Source of the DNA: Lama guanicoe | Taxonomy: Eukaryota | DNA: 64,000 nucleotides | Assembly (NCBI GenBank): GCA_013239625.1 | Contig: MU053873.1 | Coordinates: forward strand, 1,936,524-2,000,523 | Direction: 5' to 3' | In this document: positions 11,831 to 23,764 of the stretch, in pieces | How positions within the stretch are numbered: position 1 is the first letter of the stretch | How the letters are laid out: each line of letters opens with the position of its first letter | Notes under the pieces: generated by a model | Databases searched by the model: none | What the model was told of the DNA's origin: nothing | The model's input: only the letters and a program-made list of their open reading frames with translations | Program-made: the position numbers and the translations under genes

Positions 11831-14349
11831 AACACAATCCCCACCGCGAGAACCTCCCAGGCCAATGGGTGAGATGGACCCAGATTGACAGACTGGTATC
11901 AGAGACAGAATCAAGGCAGAGGGACTTTCTGGAGGAGGGGACATTTTAGCGGGATATTGAGCATGAGTTTTCAGGGATGAAAAGAGAGGAATGATGCTCC
12001 AGGCAGTGGGACCAGCATATGCAAGGGAGGGACCCGTTGACTGGTCCGGTGAGGCTGGAATGAAGGAGGAAGTTGGGACACGGAAGACAAGGAAGGCAAG
12101 CTCAGTAGCACAAAGCCATGAAAAGCCCCGGGTGTGGGGCAGGCCGAGGAATTTGACTGCGAGGAGAAGTCTGATGGAATAGTCAACAGCCCTACCGTTG
12201 ACGTCATTTGTTGATAAGATCTTTCCAGAATAAGTGTGCTGATCTTCACCACCTGTGACAGCGTCAACTCTTCCCTGCTCTGTGGGCAAATCTAATTCTC
12301 AGTAAGAAGAAGGCCTGGCAATAACTCAAATGCCCGAGCGTGGGGTGCAGCTGGAGGGACAGGGACCCCCGAGATGCCCAAGTCATTGGTCATCAACAGA
12401 TGGCTGGAAATCCTTCCCCAGGGAGTCTCTACACTTTGATCACCCACTTCTTTTCGCCAGCTGAGCTTCATAGCATCATCGCAAGAACAAGGACCAGCTT
12501 ATGTGAAGCTGGTGAGTGCATTTACTAGAATGAGCCAGAGCCCTCCTGGGGAGTATATACCAAGGACCAGGGCAGGGCACATTCTAGGCAAATGGCGACC
12601 AAGTACATGGCGGGGAATTCTTTGTTACACCCTGTTGTGGTTCTCCCCAATCTCCCTGACTTATTTAGTGTTGTTTTGAGTGATTGAATCCTTTCAGGAT
12701 GCTGGCAGAGGATTCTAATTTTCGAGAGTGTGCCTGGAACATTTAAAGGTGGTAAGCAGGTGCACATAGCAAGGGGGAGGCAGAGTTATTTGGGGACAAA
12801 AGGCCAGATGCCCACAGATGCAAGATAAAAATACACCTGCTTTAAGCATCTCTGATGGTGGGCTCCAATGTTCCTCAAAACTTTTTTGGGGCTTCCTGTT
12901 GTCTTTAGAATCAAACCCAAACTTCTGACCTATTCGCCAGGCTCTGAGGGACCCAGCCCTGCCCACCTCCCGCTTCTGCCCACTCTGCTCTGGCCACGCT
13001 CCTCCTTACTCTTTCTGTTTTGTTTAACATCAGAGCCTAGCACGATGCCCGGTGGCCAGTAGGTGGTCATCAGATATACGCTGATTGGACGAGCGCTGAT
13101 TGGATGAGTAAATTGCCACAAGTCCTGGTGAGTGCTTTGCGCACATGTGTCCTTGACCTGTCACAGCTGCCTTGCAGGAAGGCTGAGACAAGACAGGGCA
13201 GGCCCGGCCCAGGAGGCCCAGCCAGGAGGAGGATTTGGAGAGTGTCTGTTGGTCTCTTCCGTCTGTACCATCCAGCTCAGGGAACTTGTCTGAGTTTACA
13301 CAAGGGGGTGAGAATTTGTGTTTTTGAGGCTGAGTCCCCACCCTGAATCCAGAACCCAGGGTACGTGTCTTCATCTATTTGCTCAGCAATTCAGAGAACG
13401 TTATCTTCATACTCCCCTCCAAATACCACCTGGTGGGAACTTGTGACCCAGGATGGAGAAGGCTCTTCCCAGCCCTGTGGTGTGGTTGGGGCACAGAGTG
13501 AGGGGGGCCCAGTGCCGACTCGAGGCCTGGGATCCGGGACTGGGTGGAGCTCAGCTGCCCCATCTCCTTTCTCTCCTCCTGGAGACATCTAGGAATCTAG
13601 ATCAAGGCGCTTCACTCTGGGCCTTGGAGATTCCGGCTGTGGCCAGCTCCGGGGCTCGGGACACACCATGAGGCAGGGTGTGGGGTACCTCTAGGCCTCC
13701 CTGGCTTAGAGTCAAAGAGGAGGCAGTTATACAAGTCAGCAAGCACTGGGGACTGGAGAGGAGTGGACAGGGTTCCTGCTCCAGGGTGGAGGCCCAGACA
13801 CCAAAATCAGCATCAGAAGAGCTGGAGAGCAGAGGCTCAGGAGGGTGTTCCAAGAAAGGAGGGTAAGGAAGACCTAGAGCGTCCCAGCGTGGGGTGTCTT
13901 GAAAGATAAACCATTGTTTTCCAGATGCACAAAAGGAATTCCAAGTGGAGAGCACAGCCTAGACAAGGCATGGAGGTGGGAACTGCCTGATGTCCCCAAG
14001 AGATGTCCCCAGGAGGGCAAGCAGGGCCAGTGGCAGAGTCAGCCTCTCTGAGGGCCCCGCATCAGGAGTAGTGGTGACCCTGCCTGGGCGGTGTTTACTA
14101 TCCACCGAGGTCTGGAAGCCTGATCTGCACCAGCAGGTGCTGGTTGCAGGGAGCACGGTTAATCCATTTAGGAGAACAAACTCCCAGGAGCATTTTGGCA
14201 CCTCCATTATTTGCATGCAAATAGAGGCTGCTAATTGTAGCAGGAACTTGGGCTTCATTAGAACAGCCCCTGAAGACTAGCTAAGAGGCTGTTGGCATTG
14301 GGAGTGCCTTGTGCCTTCTGGAGGAAGCTCTGCCTTATCTAAAAAGTTG

Positions 14350-14560
14350 ATTTATTCAGTCAGCCACTCAACAAACATTTACGCAGGGTGCCCAGCATGC
14401 CAGGTCCTGTGCTGGGCCCCAGAGACACACAGTACATGAAGGGGACACAGCCCTGCCTCTGTTCCCAGTGGGAAGACGCGTGGTAACAGTTGTGATAGGC
14501 ACTGGGAGGGCAGTGGACCGGGGAGTGAGGCAGGAAGGGACTTGGTTTGGTTTGGGCAAG
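14350..14560 (-). mobile_element. L2 3' end
   Basis: cactcaacaaacatttacgcagggtgcccagcatgccaggtcctgtgctggg. Confidence 0.7.
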
Positions 14561-14908
14561 TGATTTAATTGAGAGATGATTCCAGAAAGCACCTACAGAG
14601 GAATGAAGCAGTGAGACAGGGCGGGGAAAGCCGCTCATACAAGGTGCTTGAGTTGGGCCAGTCACCATATGGGCAAGTGAAGGGGAACCTCGGGAGACCA
14701 TGTAGAACACGCCCCTCAGAGGTGGGCCCCCTTCTGCGAGAGGGAGTTGGGGTATTTATACACCAGGTCCCAGACTCATTCATTTCCTGGCACTACCAGT
14801 GTGCCTTCTGTAGATCTGAAAAACCCTTAGGTAAATGACGCTGGGACTGGCAGCAGGCTGTCCCTGGAGAATACAGAGAATCTCAGGTCTGAGGATACAG
14901 TGGGGCAC

Positions 14909-15715
14909 GTTATTTGCTTCCTATTGCTGCTGTAACAAATTATCATGGGCTGAGTGGCTTGAAACAACACCCATTTATTTCCCTTATAGTTCCAGAGGTC
15001 AGAAGTTCTAAAATCGAGATGTCAGCAGTGTTAAAAAAAATTCAACTGGGTAAAATTGTAAAGATCTTATTGGCCTCATTCAGTGAGTGATTCACGAATC
15101 AGGCAGCTTCCAGTCTAGCAGGTAGACGGGAGCCTGGAAGGGCCGTGACTAGAGACAGAAGGGAGCAGGAACAAAGAAGTCGTCCTGGCCGAAAAAAATG
15201 GGTTGGTTACTGCAAGATTATTTTTCTTTAGTGGATGGGGAGGCTGTCAGGAAGGTTACCTAACTAGTACTCATCAGGTGATTCCTGATTGACTGGTTTA
15301 GGATTCCACCTCCGGCAGAGCTGTAATTAGGTCTGGTGACACGGAGCTTAGCACCTGGGTTCCATTTGGAACCTGTTGTCCTGTTTTTAACAGTACAGAT
15401 GGTTTCTTCTGGAGGCTCCAAGGAGACAATCCACGCCTTTGCTTTTTCTACTTTAGAAGCTGCCTGCATTCCTGGGTTCGTGGCCCCAGACTCCACCTGT
15501 CAGCACACCACCATTTTAGATTCTGACCCTCCTGTCTCCCCTGGTAAGGATCCTTGTGCTGACAGTGAACACACTCAGGTAATCCAGGTAACCTTCCCAT
15601 CTCAAGAGCCTATCTTAATCACGTCTGCAAAGAACCTCTTGCCAGGTAGGGCCCCATGCCCACAGGCCCTGGGAATTAGGACGTGGACGTCTCTGGGGGC
15701 CGTTACTCTACCACA
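14909..15715 (-). mobile_element. MaLR solo LTR (MLT1C/D-like), interrupted by a second LTR
   Basis: cctattgctgctgtaacaaattatc... and ...cttaatcacgtctgcaaag...ctaccaca; 5-bp TSD GGCAC at 14904-14908 and 15716-15720. Confidence 0.88.
15029..15392 (-). mobile_element. ERV1-class solo LTR (MER57/MER93-like) nested in the MLT1
   Basis: Inverted termini TGTTAAAAA...TTTTTAACA; internal gattcacgaatcaggcagc and ggttggttac; MLT1 resumes on both sides. Confidence 0.7.
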
Positions 15716-16204
15716 GGCACCCGGAGCACTGGCTCTAGGTGCAAACAGGGAGGCCTCAAAAGGACAAGGGCATTTAGGTTGAACCTAAAGGCTGAAGAGG
15801 AGTTGCCTCGCGGAGGGAAAGGGGACTGCGCGCTGGATGGACCTTGCGCACGTGGCCTGAGTTGGAGAGCTCATGGGCCTGACAAGAGGCCGGGGTGAAT
15901 GGAGCAGAGTGGGTGGAGGTGGGCGGGAGGGACATGCATGAACATTTCCCCTTCTCATCTGCCTTATTGTTTTTCCCCTACAGTGAAAGATATCTTCATT
16001 AGATAGTAATTAAGAATGTTTTGGAGAGCACGAGGCACTAACAGCCTCCCAGGTGCTTAATAAGTGCCAAGGCTGCCAAGAGAAAAATTTATTTAGCATC
16101 ATAACAGGCTTAGTGGATGCCAGGTTTGCCTTCAGCCATGGCACTGTTAACACTGGTGGATGGAAACGGGGTCAGGACTTAAATGCCTGCTGGAGAGGGC
16201 AACT

Positions 16205-16655
16205 GAGGCAGCAGTGGGTGAGGTAAGCACACGAGGGTTGGGAGCCAGAAAACTCGGGGTTCCTAAGCCAGTCACCGCTTCTTACTAGTTCTGTGACCAC
16301 GGCTGAGTTACGGACCTCCTTTGAGCCGCGATGTCCTCACTTGTAAATGCAGGCTTGTGATAGATGCCTTATTGGGTTCTCTGGGGGAGACGTGGAGTGC
16401 AGCAACCAAGAGTGGAAGCTCTGGGTTCGAATCCAGCTTCTTCTGCCTACTAGCTGATGACTCTGGCAGGCTTCTGAATGTTTTTTGAGTTCCAGTTTCC
16501 TCAGCAATACTGTGGGAACAATAATAATTCTGTGAGTCCACCTTGTAGAATTGTGGTTAAGACGAAGAAGAAAATATGTGCAAAATATGAGCAAAGAACT
16601 TAGCTCAGGTTGTCCCAGGCTTGGCACAAATTAAATGCTCAAAAAGTCAGAACCT
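16205..16655 (+). mobile_element. Two tandem MIR copies
   Basis: First copy ggagccagaaaactcgggt...cctcacttgtaaa; second copy ctgggttcgaatccagc...cagtttcctcagc...ggcttggcaca. Confidence 0.65.
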
Positions 16656-16659
16656 TGTA

Positions 16660-17095
16660 TTATTGGTATTATGGCTGCGTAACAGATAAGATCGATGCTT
16701 CTGTGGTTTAACGCAATAAAAGTTGCATTAATGTCACAGCCCACTGGTGGCATTCCTGGTTGGGTGGCCCTCCTCCACGCAGTGATTCAGGCACCCAGCC
16801 TCCTGCTATCTTGTGGCTTTATCAACATGTGGCTTGGAGTCCACGCCATTCAACTGGCAGATGAGGGAGAAAGGAGGCGGAGACACACCCACTTGTTAAC
16901 TACATCAGTCCCGAAGTGATGCACACCACTTTCTCTCACAGACTATTGGCCAGAGCCAGTCACATGACCCCACCCAGACACAAGAGGTGCTGGGAAATGT
17001 AGTCCCAGCCTGATCAGCCACTTCCCAGCAACAGCTATATGATATGGAAAGAGAGTGTGAATCCTTGGTGGTCCCATTTACTTCGCCCAGCACTC
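16660..17095 (-). mobile_element. MaLR LTR (MLT1K/L-like)
   Basis: ctccacgcagtgattcaggcacccagcc; tattggccagagccagtcacatgacccc; gctgggaaatgtagtc. Confidence 0.75.
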
Positions 17096-17321
17096 TCATT
17101 TCCAGACGATGAGCTGGAAATGGCCTGAGACTGGGATAATATTACCCAAAGTCATCCAGTGGGTTGGAGCTGGGGGTGTGCGGGGATGATATTGGAGCTG
17201 GAATCACCATCATCCCCCAGGTGGACAATAATGAGAGCATTGATTCCTTTTGGAGCCTAAAGGACACGGAGCACCCTTATGATCATGATTACAACCTAGA
17301 CAGCCCCGACAGAGCGTTTTT

Positions 17322-17504
17322 TTAAAACTTTTTTTAAAAGCTGTCTTATTGATTTTGTACAGTTAAAAAAAATTCTTTTTTGATGGGGTAAGTGGGTTTA
17401 ATTATTTGTTTATTTGTAATGGACGTACTGGGGATTGAACGCAGGACGTCATGCATACTAAGCACACACTCTATTGCTGAGCTATATCCTCCCCCTTCCC
17501 CCCA
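17322..17504 (-). mobile_element. tRNA-Ala-derived camelid SINE (Vic-1-like)
   Basis: Reverse complement reads GGGGGAGGATATAGCTCAGCAATAGAGTGTGTGCTTAGTATGCATGACGTCCTGCGTTCAATCCCCAGTAC plus an A-rich tail; TSD agagcgttttt (17311) / agagcattttt (17505). Confidence 0.85.
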
Positions 17505-17514
17505 AGAGCATTTT

Positions 17515-17630
17515 TATTATTACCATCACCTATGTCAAAGATGAGGAAACTGGGGCACAGCATGGCTATGTAACTTGCCCAAGGTGTCACAGTGGGGCAA
17601 GGGCGGACCCATGACCTGAATTCAGATCTT
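17515..17630 (-). mobile_element. MIR
   Basis: agatgaggaaactggggcacag...taacttgcccaaggtgtcacag. Confidence 0.75.
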
Positions 17631-18424
17631 GAGGTGAATGTGGCCATCTTGGAGGACAGGGTCTCACAGAAGGTCCCACATTTGGGGCTGAGGAGGGGGA
17701 CCCTCCACCTCCCCGCAGCAGATTTCGGACACCAAGTCCTGACAGATGAAGCCTGGCTCCTCTGGTGCTGAATAAACAAACTGACAGAAGAGGGAAGGAA
17801 AAAGGTTGTTCATTCTGGAACCTCTAGTGTGTTCTTTGCGCAGATGCCCCTGCCACCTGCTGACCCCCTCCATCGGCTCCGTAAGCTCTCATGGGCATTT
17901 TTGTCTCCTCAGAACTTAACCCGGAGCCAGACACACACCTAGAGCTTTGGCTTATATTTGTTGAGTTAAAGGAAAGAAAGCCTCAAGGGAAGATTCATCC
18001 AAATGACAATGACTTCCATGTTTGTGCGCACAGCTGTGGACTGCGGGGGTTAAACAAAGTCTCTCCTAGGCCCCTGAAAGCTCACATCACTCTGGGAGGT
18101 GAGCTCCACTGACATCTCCACTTAGCAGGCAGGGAAACTGAGGCACCCCTGTGCTCCCTGTCCCTTACCCCATCAGCTGCCTGGTGCTGCCTCTTATTGG
18201 TCAGGTCCTGCAGAGCTAGGAGTAAATGGGATTGGGCCAGGCTTTGGGCAGAGACCATGTGACCCCAGGGAGAACCTCCCTTCAGTGGACGGCCCAAGCT
18301 TCCTTGGCCTTGGTCCTGAGTCACAAGGGGCTGAAAAGTGACTGGGCATCTATAATTAGGCCTTGTCTGGCAGCAGGGGTGACGGATTTTCTGTCTCGGC
18401 TGATGCTGGCTGAGCAGTCCCTCC

Positions 18425-18610
18425 GTGGCAGGCACTGTGCTAAACCTTTTACACCCTTACTCTGACCCTCACTCTAAGCCTCTGGCAGATGTACCAGCCT
18501 CTCCATTTTCCAGTGAGGAAGCTGTGCCTGAGATCACTCAGCTAGGAGGGGACTGAAGCAGGATTTGAACCCAGACCCCTGCAGCTGTAGCCCTCAGCGG
18601 GTAACCACCA
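18425..18610 (-). mobile_element. MIR
   Basis: caggcactgtgctaaac...ccattttccagtgaggaagctg...ggatttgaacccag. Confidence 0.7.
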
Positions 18611-18699
18611 GGCTGTGTCAATGAATGCTCATTTGCAGATTAAAGCAGGGTTGCAACGGAGCAGGCAGGAAAGAGGTGTGTCAGGGGTATTGACTGTTC

Positions 18700-19030
18700 T
18701 CTTGTGCTTTTCCCTCTGCCTGGAATGCCTTTCTCAGATCTGCATGTATCTGGCTCCTTCCTCTCCACTGGGTTTCTGTGTAATTATCACCTCTTCCGGG
18801 AAGCCTTCCCTGAACACATCCACTCCCAGTCTGCCCAGTTATTTCCTTCTCTGAATTGATTTCCAGGTGAAATGATCTCTACTTGTTTATTCTGTGATAT
18901 TTCTTGTCTCTTCAACTAGATGGGAACTCCATGAGGGGATACTGTGTTTCTCTTCCCTGTGGCCTCAGCCAGGCAAATTGGCACATATTAAGTGTCCTAT
19001 AAGTAGTTGTCAAATGAGTCACTGACTGAG
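18700..19030 (+). mobile_element. L2 3' end
   Basis: ccctctgcctggaatgcc; cacctcttccgggaagccttccctga; actagatgggaactccatgaggg. Confidence 0.8.
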
Positions 19031-19529
19031 GGTGGGGGACCCTCAGGGGCAAGAAGCCACCAAGATGGATGGGCAGGGGGATGTCTGTGGCCTTCAGCGT
19101 GGGGCCTCTTCCAGCTGACAGGAAAAAGTGAGCAGGATCCATTCCTGGGAGAGGGGGTCAGGCAGGTGCAGGGATGCTGCAGGCAGCCAGGTCCAGGTCT
19201 AGGGTAGAGTGGCCTCTCCTTTCCCCAGCTCAGCCAGGGGACATCAGACATTGGAAGCTCCTGGAGCAAAGTCGGTTCCTGGAGTGAGGGTTGGGTGTCC
19301 TGCCAAGTTGCTGGTCTTCACTGGGACTGGCTCCAAGGACCTATTGGGGCAGCTGGAAGGCAAGAAATGGAGGGGACCTGGGAGTGAGGAGAGAGGGGTA
19401 TTTGTTATGACTTGGCCAGGATGCCCATTTCTCAAGGCCTGGCATCTCCGTCAGTAAAGATTATTAAGGGAATCTTTGAGGAGTAAGGAGGTGGTTCTAG
19501 ACAGACTCCCACATCCTTTTTCTTTAACA

Positions 19530-19750
19530 AACATGAGATGCTTAGCATGGTTCAAAGTGTTCAAGCATGAATGCATTTTATTCTCATCACAACCTGAGAT
19601 TTGGGTCCTATCATTAACCCCATTTTACAGAAGAGGAAACTGAGGCACAAATAGGGGAAGCAACTGCCCCAAAGTCACACAGGTGGATCTGGGATCCGAA
19701 CGCTGTCTTCTGGCTCCAGAGTCTGAGTTTTGGCCCTCTGGTCTACTGCT
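19530..19750 (-). mobile_element. MIR, near full length
   Basis: ccccattttacagaagaggaaactgaggcac...aaagtcacacag...ctggctccagagtc. Confidence 0.88.
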
Positions 19751-20234
19751 TGTTTTGGGCTAAAATACTCTGGCTGCAGGACTAAAAGCCAGTAGTCAGC
19801 ACAACCTTGAAGAGAAGCTGCCACAGCCACATTCTTACCCAGGAACCCAATATGCAAAACACTGAAGATGGACACCAGCCTGGCCAAAGAGACCTCCATG
19901 CCCAGCCCTATGCCCCCACCCCCCAGGGGTTCTGGCTCCAAGTCCTGCCTCCTAGCCCCTCCTCCCCAGATTCTCACATTCCTAAAAGCTGAAAACAGAT
20001 TTGATTTTTTGGTTGCTATTACTATTACTTTATAGCCCCCAGGACCCTTACAAGTAATACAGGTCTGGGTGAAAGGGTTGTGGGTGAGAGGCCCCCCTTT
20101 AGCATTTTCCCCGTTGGAGGCCTCTGAAGCCCCAGTGGGGCCCCATAGGGTCAGACTGTGCTCAGTAATCCTACAGGACCCTGCCATTGCAATGCATTCT
20201 GTCTGTCGAAGATGGTCTAATATGCTAAAGATCT

Positions 20235-20345
20235 TTTAAAAGTGAGAGACGATTTGTACACAGTAAAATGCACAAATATTACAGGTTACCCCAATATAAC
20301 CACCTCCTGAATCAAAATAAGAAACACTTTCAGCTCCTGACAGCT
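20235..20345 (-). mobile_element. Old L1M 3' UTR fragment
   Basis: acacagtaaaatgcacaaatatt...tataaccacctcctgaatcaaaataagaaacacttt. Confidence 0.6.
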
Positions 20346-20410
20346 CCTATGTGCCCCTACTTTTTTCTAACCTGCTGAGATCCTCACGTTTTCTGAAGAG
20401 GCCGCTAAAG

Positions 20411-20594
20411 CAGGAGTCAGCAAAGCCTGGCCCACTGCCTGTTTTTGTAAATAAAGTTTTATTGAAACACAGCACGACCATGGGTCTACATATTGTCCAC
20501 GGCTGCTTTTGTGCTCCCATAGCAGGAGTTGAGTAGCTAAGGTCCACAAAGTCAAAAGTACTTGGTTCCTCAGCAAAAAGTGTGTTGAATCCTA
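20411..20594 (+). mobile_element. hAT-Charlie MITE, MER58A-like
   Basis: caggagtcagcaaa...cctgtttttgtaaataaagttttattgaaacacagc; imperfect 8-bp TSD cgctaaag / ttctaaag. Confidence 0.85.
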
Positions 20595-20627
20595 TTCTAA
20601 AGTAGAATTTTCTAGGACTATTCTAGG

Positions 20628-20755
20628 CCTCTGCTATCTAATACAGTAGCCACGAGTCACCTACGGCTTTTGAACACTTGAAATGTGGTTCGTTTGACTG
20701 AGAAACTGAATTTTTAATTTTATCAAATGCAAATTAATTTACATTTAGATCGCCT
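20628..20755. mobile_element. hAT-Charlie MITE fragment (MER3/MER33-like)
   Basis: ctgctatctaatacagtagccac...ttgaacacttgaaatgtgg...actgagaaactgaatttttaatttta. Confidence 0.75.
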
Positions 20756-23285
20756 CTTACAACCCCAGTGCGAAAGGATCCAACAGCGGGAAACTAAAGA
20801 TTCCAACATCCACACATCCTCAGAGAGGCCGACATTCTGAGAAGGGACACAGGTGTGCCCCCCAGTTGGGTGTCCCAGAAGTGTCCCCGCCATCTCAGGC
20901 CAGCAGTTTCGGGGTTAATGCAGGAGCAGCCTGGGTCTACAAGTATTTTCTCCAAAGATGTTGGTATTGATAGATTTTTGGATGATGCTCTAGCATTGAA
21001 AAAAAAAAAAGAGAGAGAGAGAGAAAAGGAAAAAAAAAAAAATCAATGTCCCGCTGACTGTACCAGGAAGGGCAGTCGATTGGTGAAAAAGCTGCAGCCG
21101 CATATTGGGAAATAGATTTTTCTGCCCTGCAGACATTAGCTTGAAATTCTTTGAAATGAGGGACCACAATCTGTGTCAGAAATGAAAGATTAAGGAGGTT
21201 AATATGCTGGGCCTCCCCTCCTCCTTTTTAATTTCCACGTCCCAGGTGCCCTTGGCCTCCCGAGGAAGACGCACAGGCTCCTTACACACTCCACCCCTCC
21301 CCTCATTCCTCTGGGGGCTCATGGAGGGACAGAGGCCCCGTCACTTGCTCCTGGGGCTGGCTGCAGACAGGAGGGAGAGGTTGGCTGGCCTTTGTTCTGG
21401 GGGTGGACTCAGGGCCCCCAGATCTGGTGGCCTTCCCCCGGGGGGTGCTTTTCTAGGGGACTGGTGGCTGGGCCCTGGTCCCAGTCCCAGCTCATCCCAG
21501 GCCTCCAGGGTCCCTGGGCTTTAGGGAGCCCCAGTGCAAGCCCTGGGGAGGCCCTGCGCTGGGGACACTGCTCCCTCTGACCCCGCAATTCTACGTTACA
21601 GTTTAGTGTGCACGATGTGAAATTCAAATGTGTGGAAATTGAGCAGTAAGCTCCTGTGTTATAAAAAGGTGAGGATGTGATCCCAGAGAGGTAAACTGTA
21701 TCATTAAATCCGAGTGGACCATGTTTAGGCCAAGTCATTGATGGTCTTTTTCCAGAATTTCATACGTGTCCACTTGGCCTGTTCCCCTCACAGTTGAACA
21801 TACAGCCGGCTGACTTTCAATAAGTAGCTGAAGGAGGTGAAAGATTTGTCACTTTTGGCTTCTTCATGGGGTTTCCTCTGTGGTCTCCGAAATACCCGGG
21901 TTAGGAGACCAGCCCTTCTCAACGCTCAGATCATCACTTCCAGGTGTGTGCCCCTCACTCGTTCTAAGGCCTTTACAAAATCAAGGGCAATGTAATATTG
22001 AACCCACTGTGCAGAAAGCTTCACCAGCCAATGCAGAGAGAGGCTTGAGGGAGCCCAGAGGAGCAGGAAATTCAGCTACTGGGGTGCAGAGCGAGACACA
22101 AATGGGGCCTGTGGACACCTCCTCCGGTGGACCCGGGACTGGGCAATTCTGTCTTGAGATATGGAAACAGGAAGTGCCTAGACCAACCTTGTTTTCTACT
22201 CTGCCCGTTAACCTGCAGCCGCTGAACCACTCCTGGTGTTGAGTTCTCCCAAGCTGGCAAGCCCCAAGTCCAGAGGGGCTGCAGCAGCTTTGGGGAGAGG
22301 AGGACCAGCCAATGAGCACTGGAAGAGGCTGGGACTCCTGGCTTCAGGCTGGTTCTAGGCACCCACCAGGCTGAAGGGTCTGTCCAGGGGAGCATCCTCC
22401 CTGCAGGTGCACCGCAGGGCAGACCGAGGAATCAGAGGGCGGGGCAGAGGGCGTCTTCTTGAACTTTCCCCTCTATAGGCCAGGCCCAGCCCCACCGGGC
22501 TCAGTCTAGTGGCTCCTGCACCTTCTACGGAGCACATACTACTTGGCAGTACTTCTTCTATGGGTGCCATTCCTGGGTGATGCTGGTCTTCCTCCAGACC
22601 GGAAGCTCCGCCTGGGTGGGGTTGATGGCTATTGGACCTCTCCATATGGCTGTCTCTTGTTCATTATCATGAAGGGTAGGGATGTGCATGTTAGGTGGGT
22701 GAGCAGATGCATGTGTCTCCGTGAAGGGTGACAAAGGTAATGCCAGCAAACATTTCTTTTGCACTCACTGTGTGCCAGGTCTGCTCCAAACACTTCCCTG
22801 GACCAACCCCAGGAGAAAGTAACCCCAGGACAAAAGCACTCAACAAATGCGTCCTGATGCCTTTGGGGCTGAACTCCACTGGGAGCCCTGGAGGGACCCC
22901 AGGGCTGCCTCCCCCCCCCCACCCCCAGGCCTGTTGGAGCCCAGGTGGAGCCCAGTGTGAGGTCGTCCTCAGCAAATGGGTTCAATTCGCCCTTGCTCTG
23001 CAGGGGTGACAGCTGGTCCTTGCAAGCACCTCCCAGGAAAGCCCAGATCTCTGGGGTTGCTTTGACCTGGGGCCAGGAGGCCCCGGAAGCTCTGTCTGTT
23101 CCTTGGGCTGCACATTTTGGCTTGGAGCCCTGGCCTTCTGTCATTTGGGCAGTATGAGGAAACAGGACAGATAGATTACCTGGACCAGCAGGAGTTGGAA
23201 TTTCACAAGGGATCTTGAACTGGAAGGTACATGAAAGATCATTTCATTCATTCATTCATTCGTTTATTCACTCATTCATTTGCTC

Positions 23286-23340
23286 TTTTTTTTTAAAATC
23301 GAGGTATAGTCGATTTATAATGTTGCGTTAGTTTCCAGTG
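23286..23340 (-). mobile_element. 55-bp 5'-truncated L1 3' end
   Basis: Poly-T then aaatcgaggtatagtcgatttataatgttgcgttagtttc; TSD atttgctc (23278) / atttgttc (23341). Confidence 0.7.
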
Positions 23341-23353
23341 ATTTGTTCACTCT

Positions 23354-23764
23354 TGATGCAGAGACTGTCTAGCTGTTCACTAAGACCATTTCCCACTCAT
23401 CCAAGACACACGAATAGCCGACACTTCCCAGCCTCCTTCCCGCTTAGGTGCGTCCCCATGACTGAGTCCTGCTAGATAGAATATGGGCAGAAGAGGCATA
23501 AATTGCCTTTAGGCCTGGCTTGTTACCTCCCTTCCCCACAATTCCTCCACTTTCTCTCTTTTTCTCCATCTACCAATGGAATGTGAGGGACTCTGAGATC
23601 TTGGAGGAGAGAAGGGCCACTGAATGGAAGGAGCCCGGGTCCTTGGATGACAGCCTACTGACCGAGAACTCCATGGGGCCTTCAGAGGAAGAGAACAAAT
23701 CACTGTGTTAAGCCGAACTGGGGACTTAATTGTTACAGCATCTAGTGTTATCCTGATTAACACA
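23354..23764 (+). mobile_element. MaLR solo LTR (MLT1I/J-like)
   Basis: cacttcccagcctcc...ccatgactgagtcc; atggaaggagcccgggtccttggatgac; ends tgttacagcatctagtgttatcctgattaacaCA. Confidence 0.8.

Noticed and set aside
12197..12282. Possible minus-strand coding exon (…GRVDAVTGGEDQHTYSGKILSTNDVN…) between a cacAG and a GTAGGG, also containing TGACGTCA
   Set aside because: The pyrimidine tract is weak, I do not recognise the peptide, and no partner exons were found. It would need tBLASTn or RNA-seq support.
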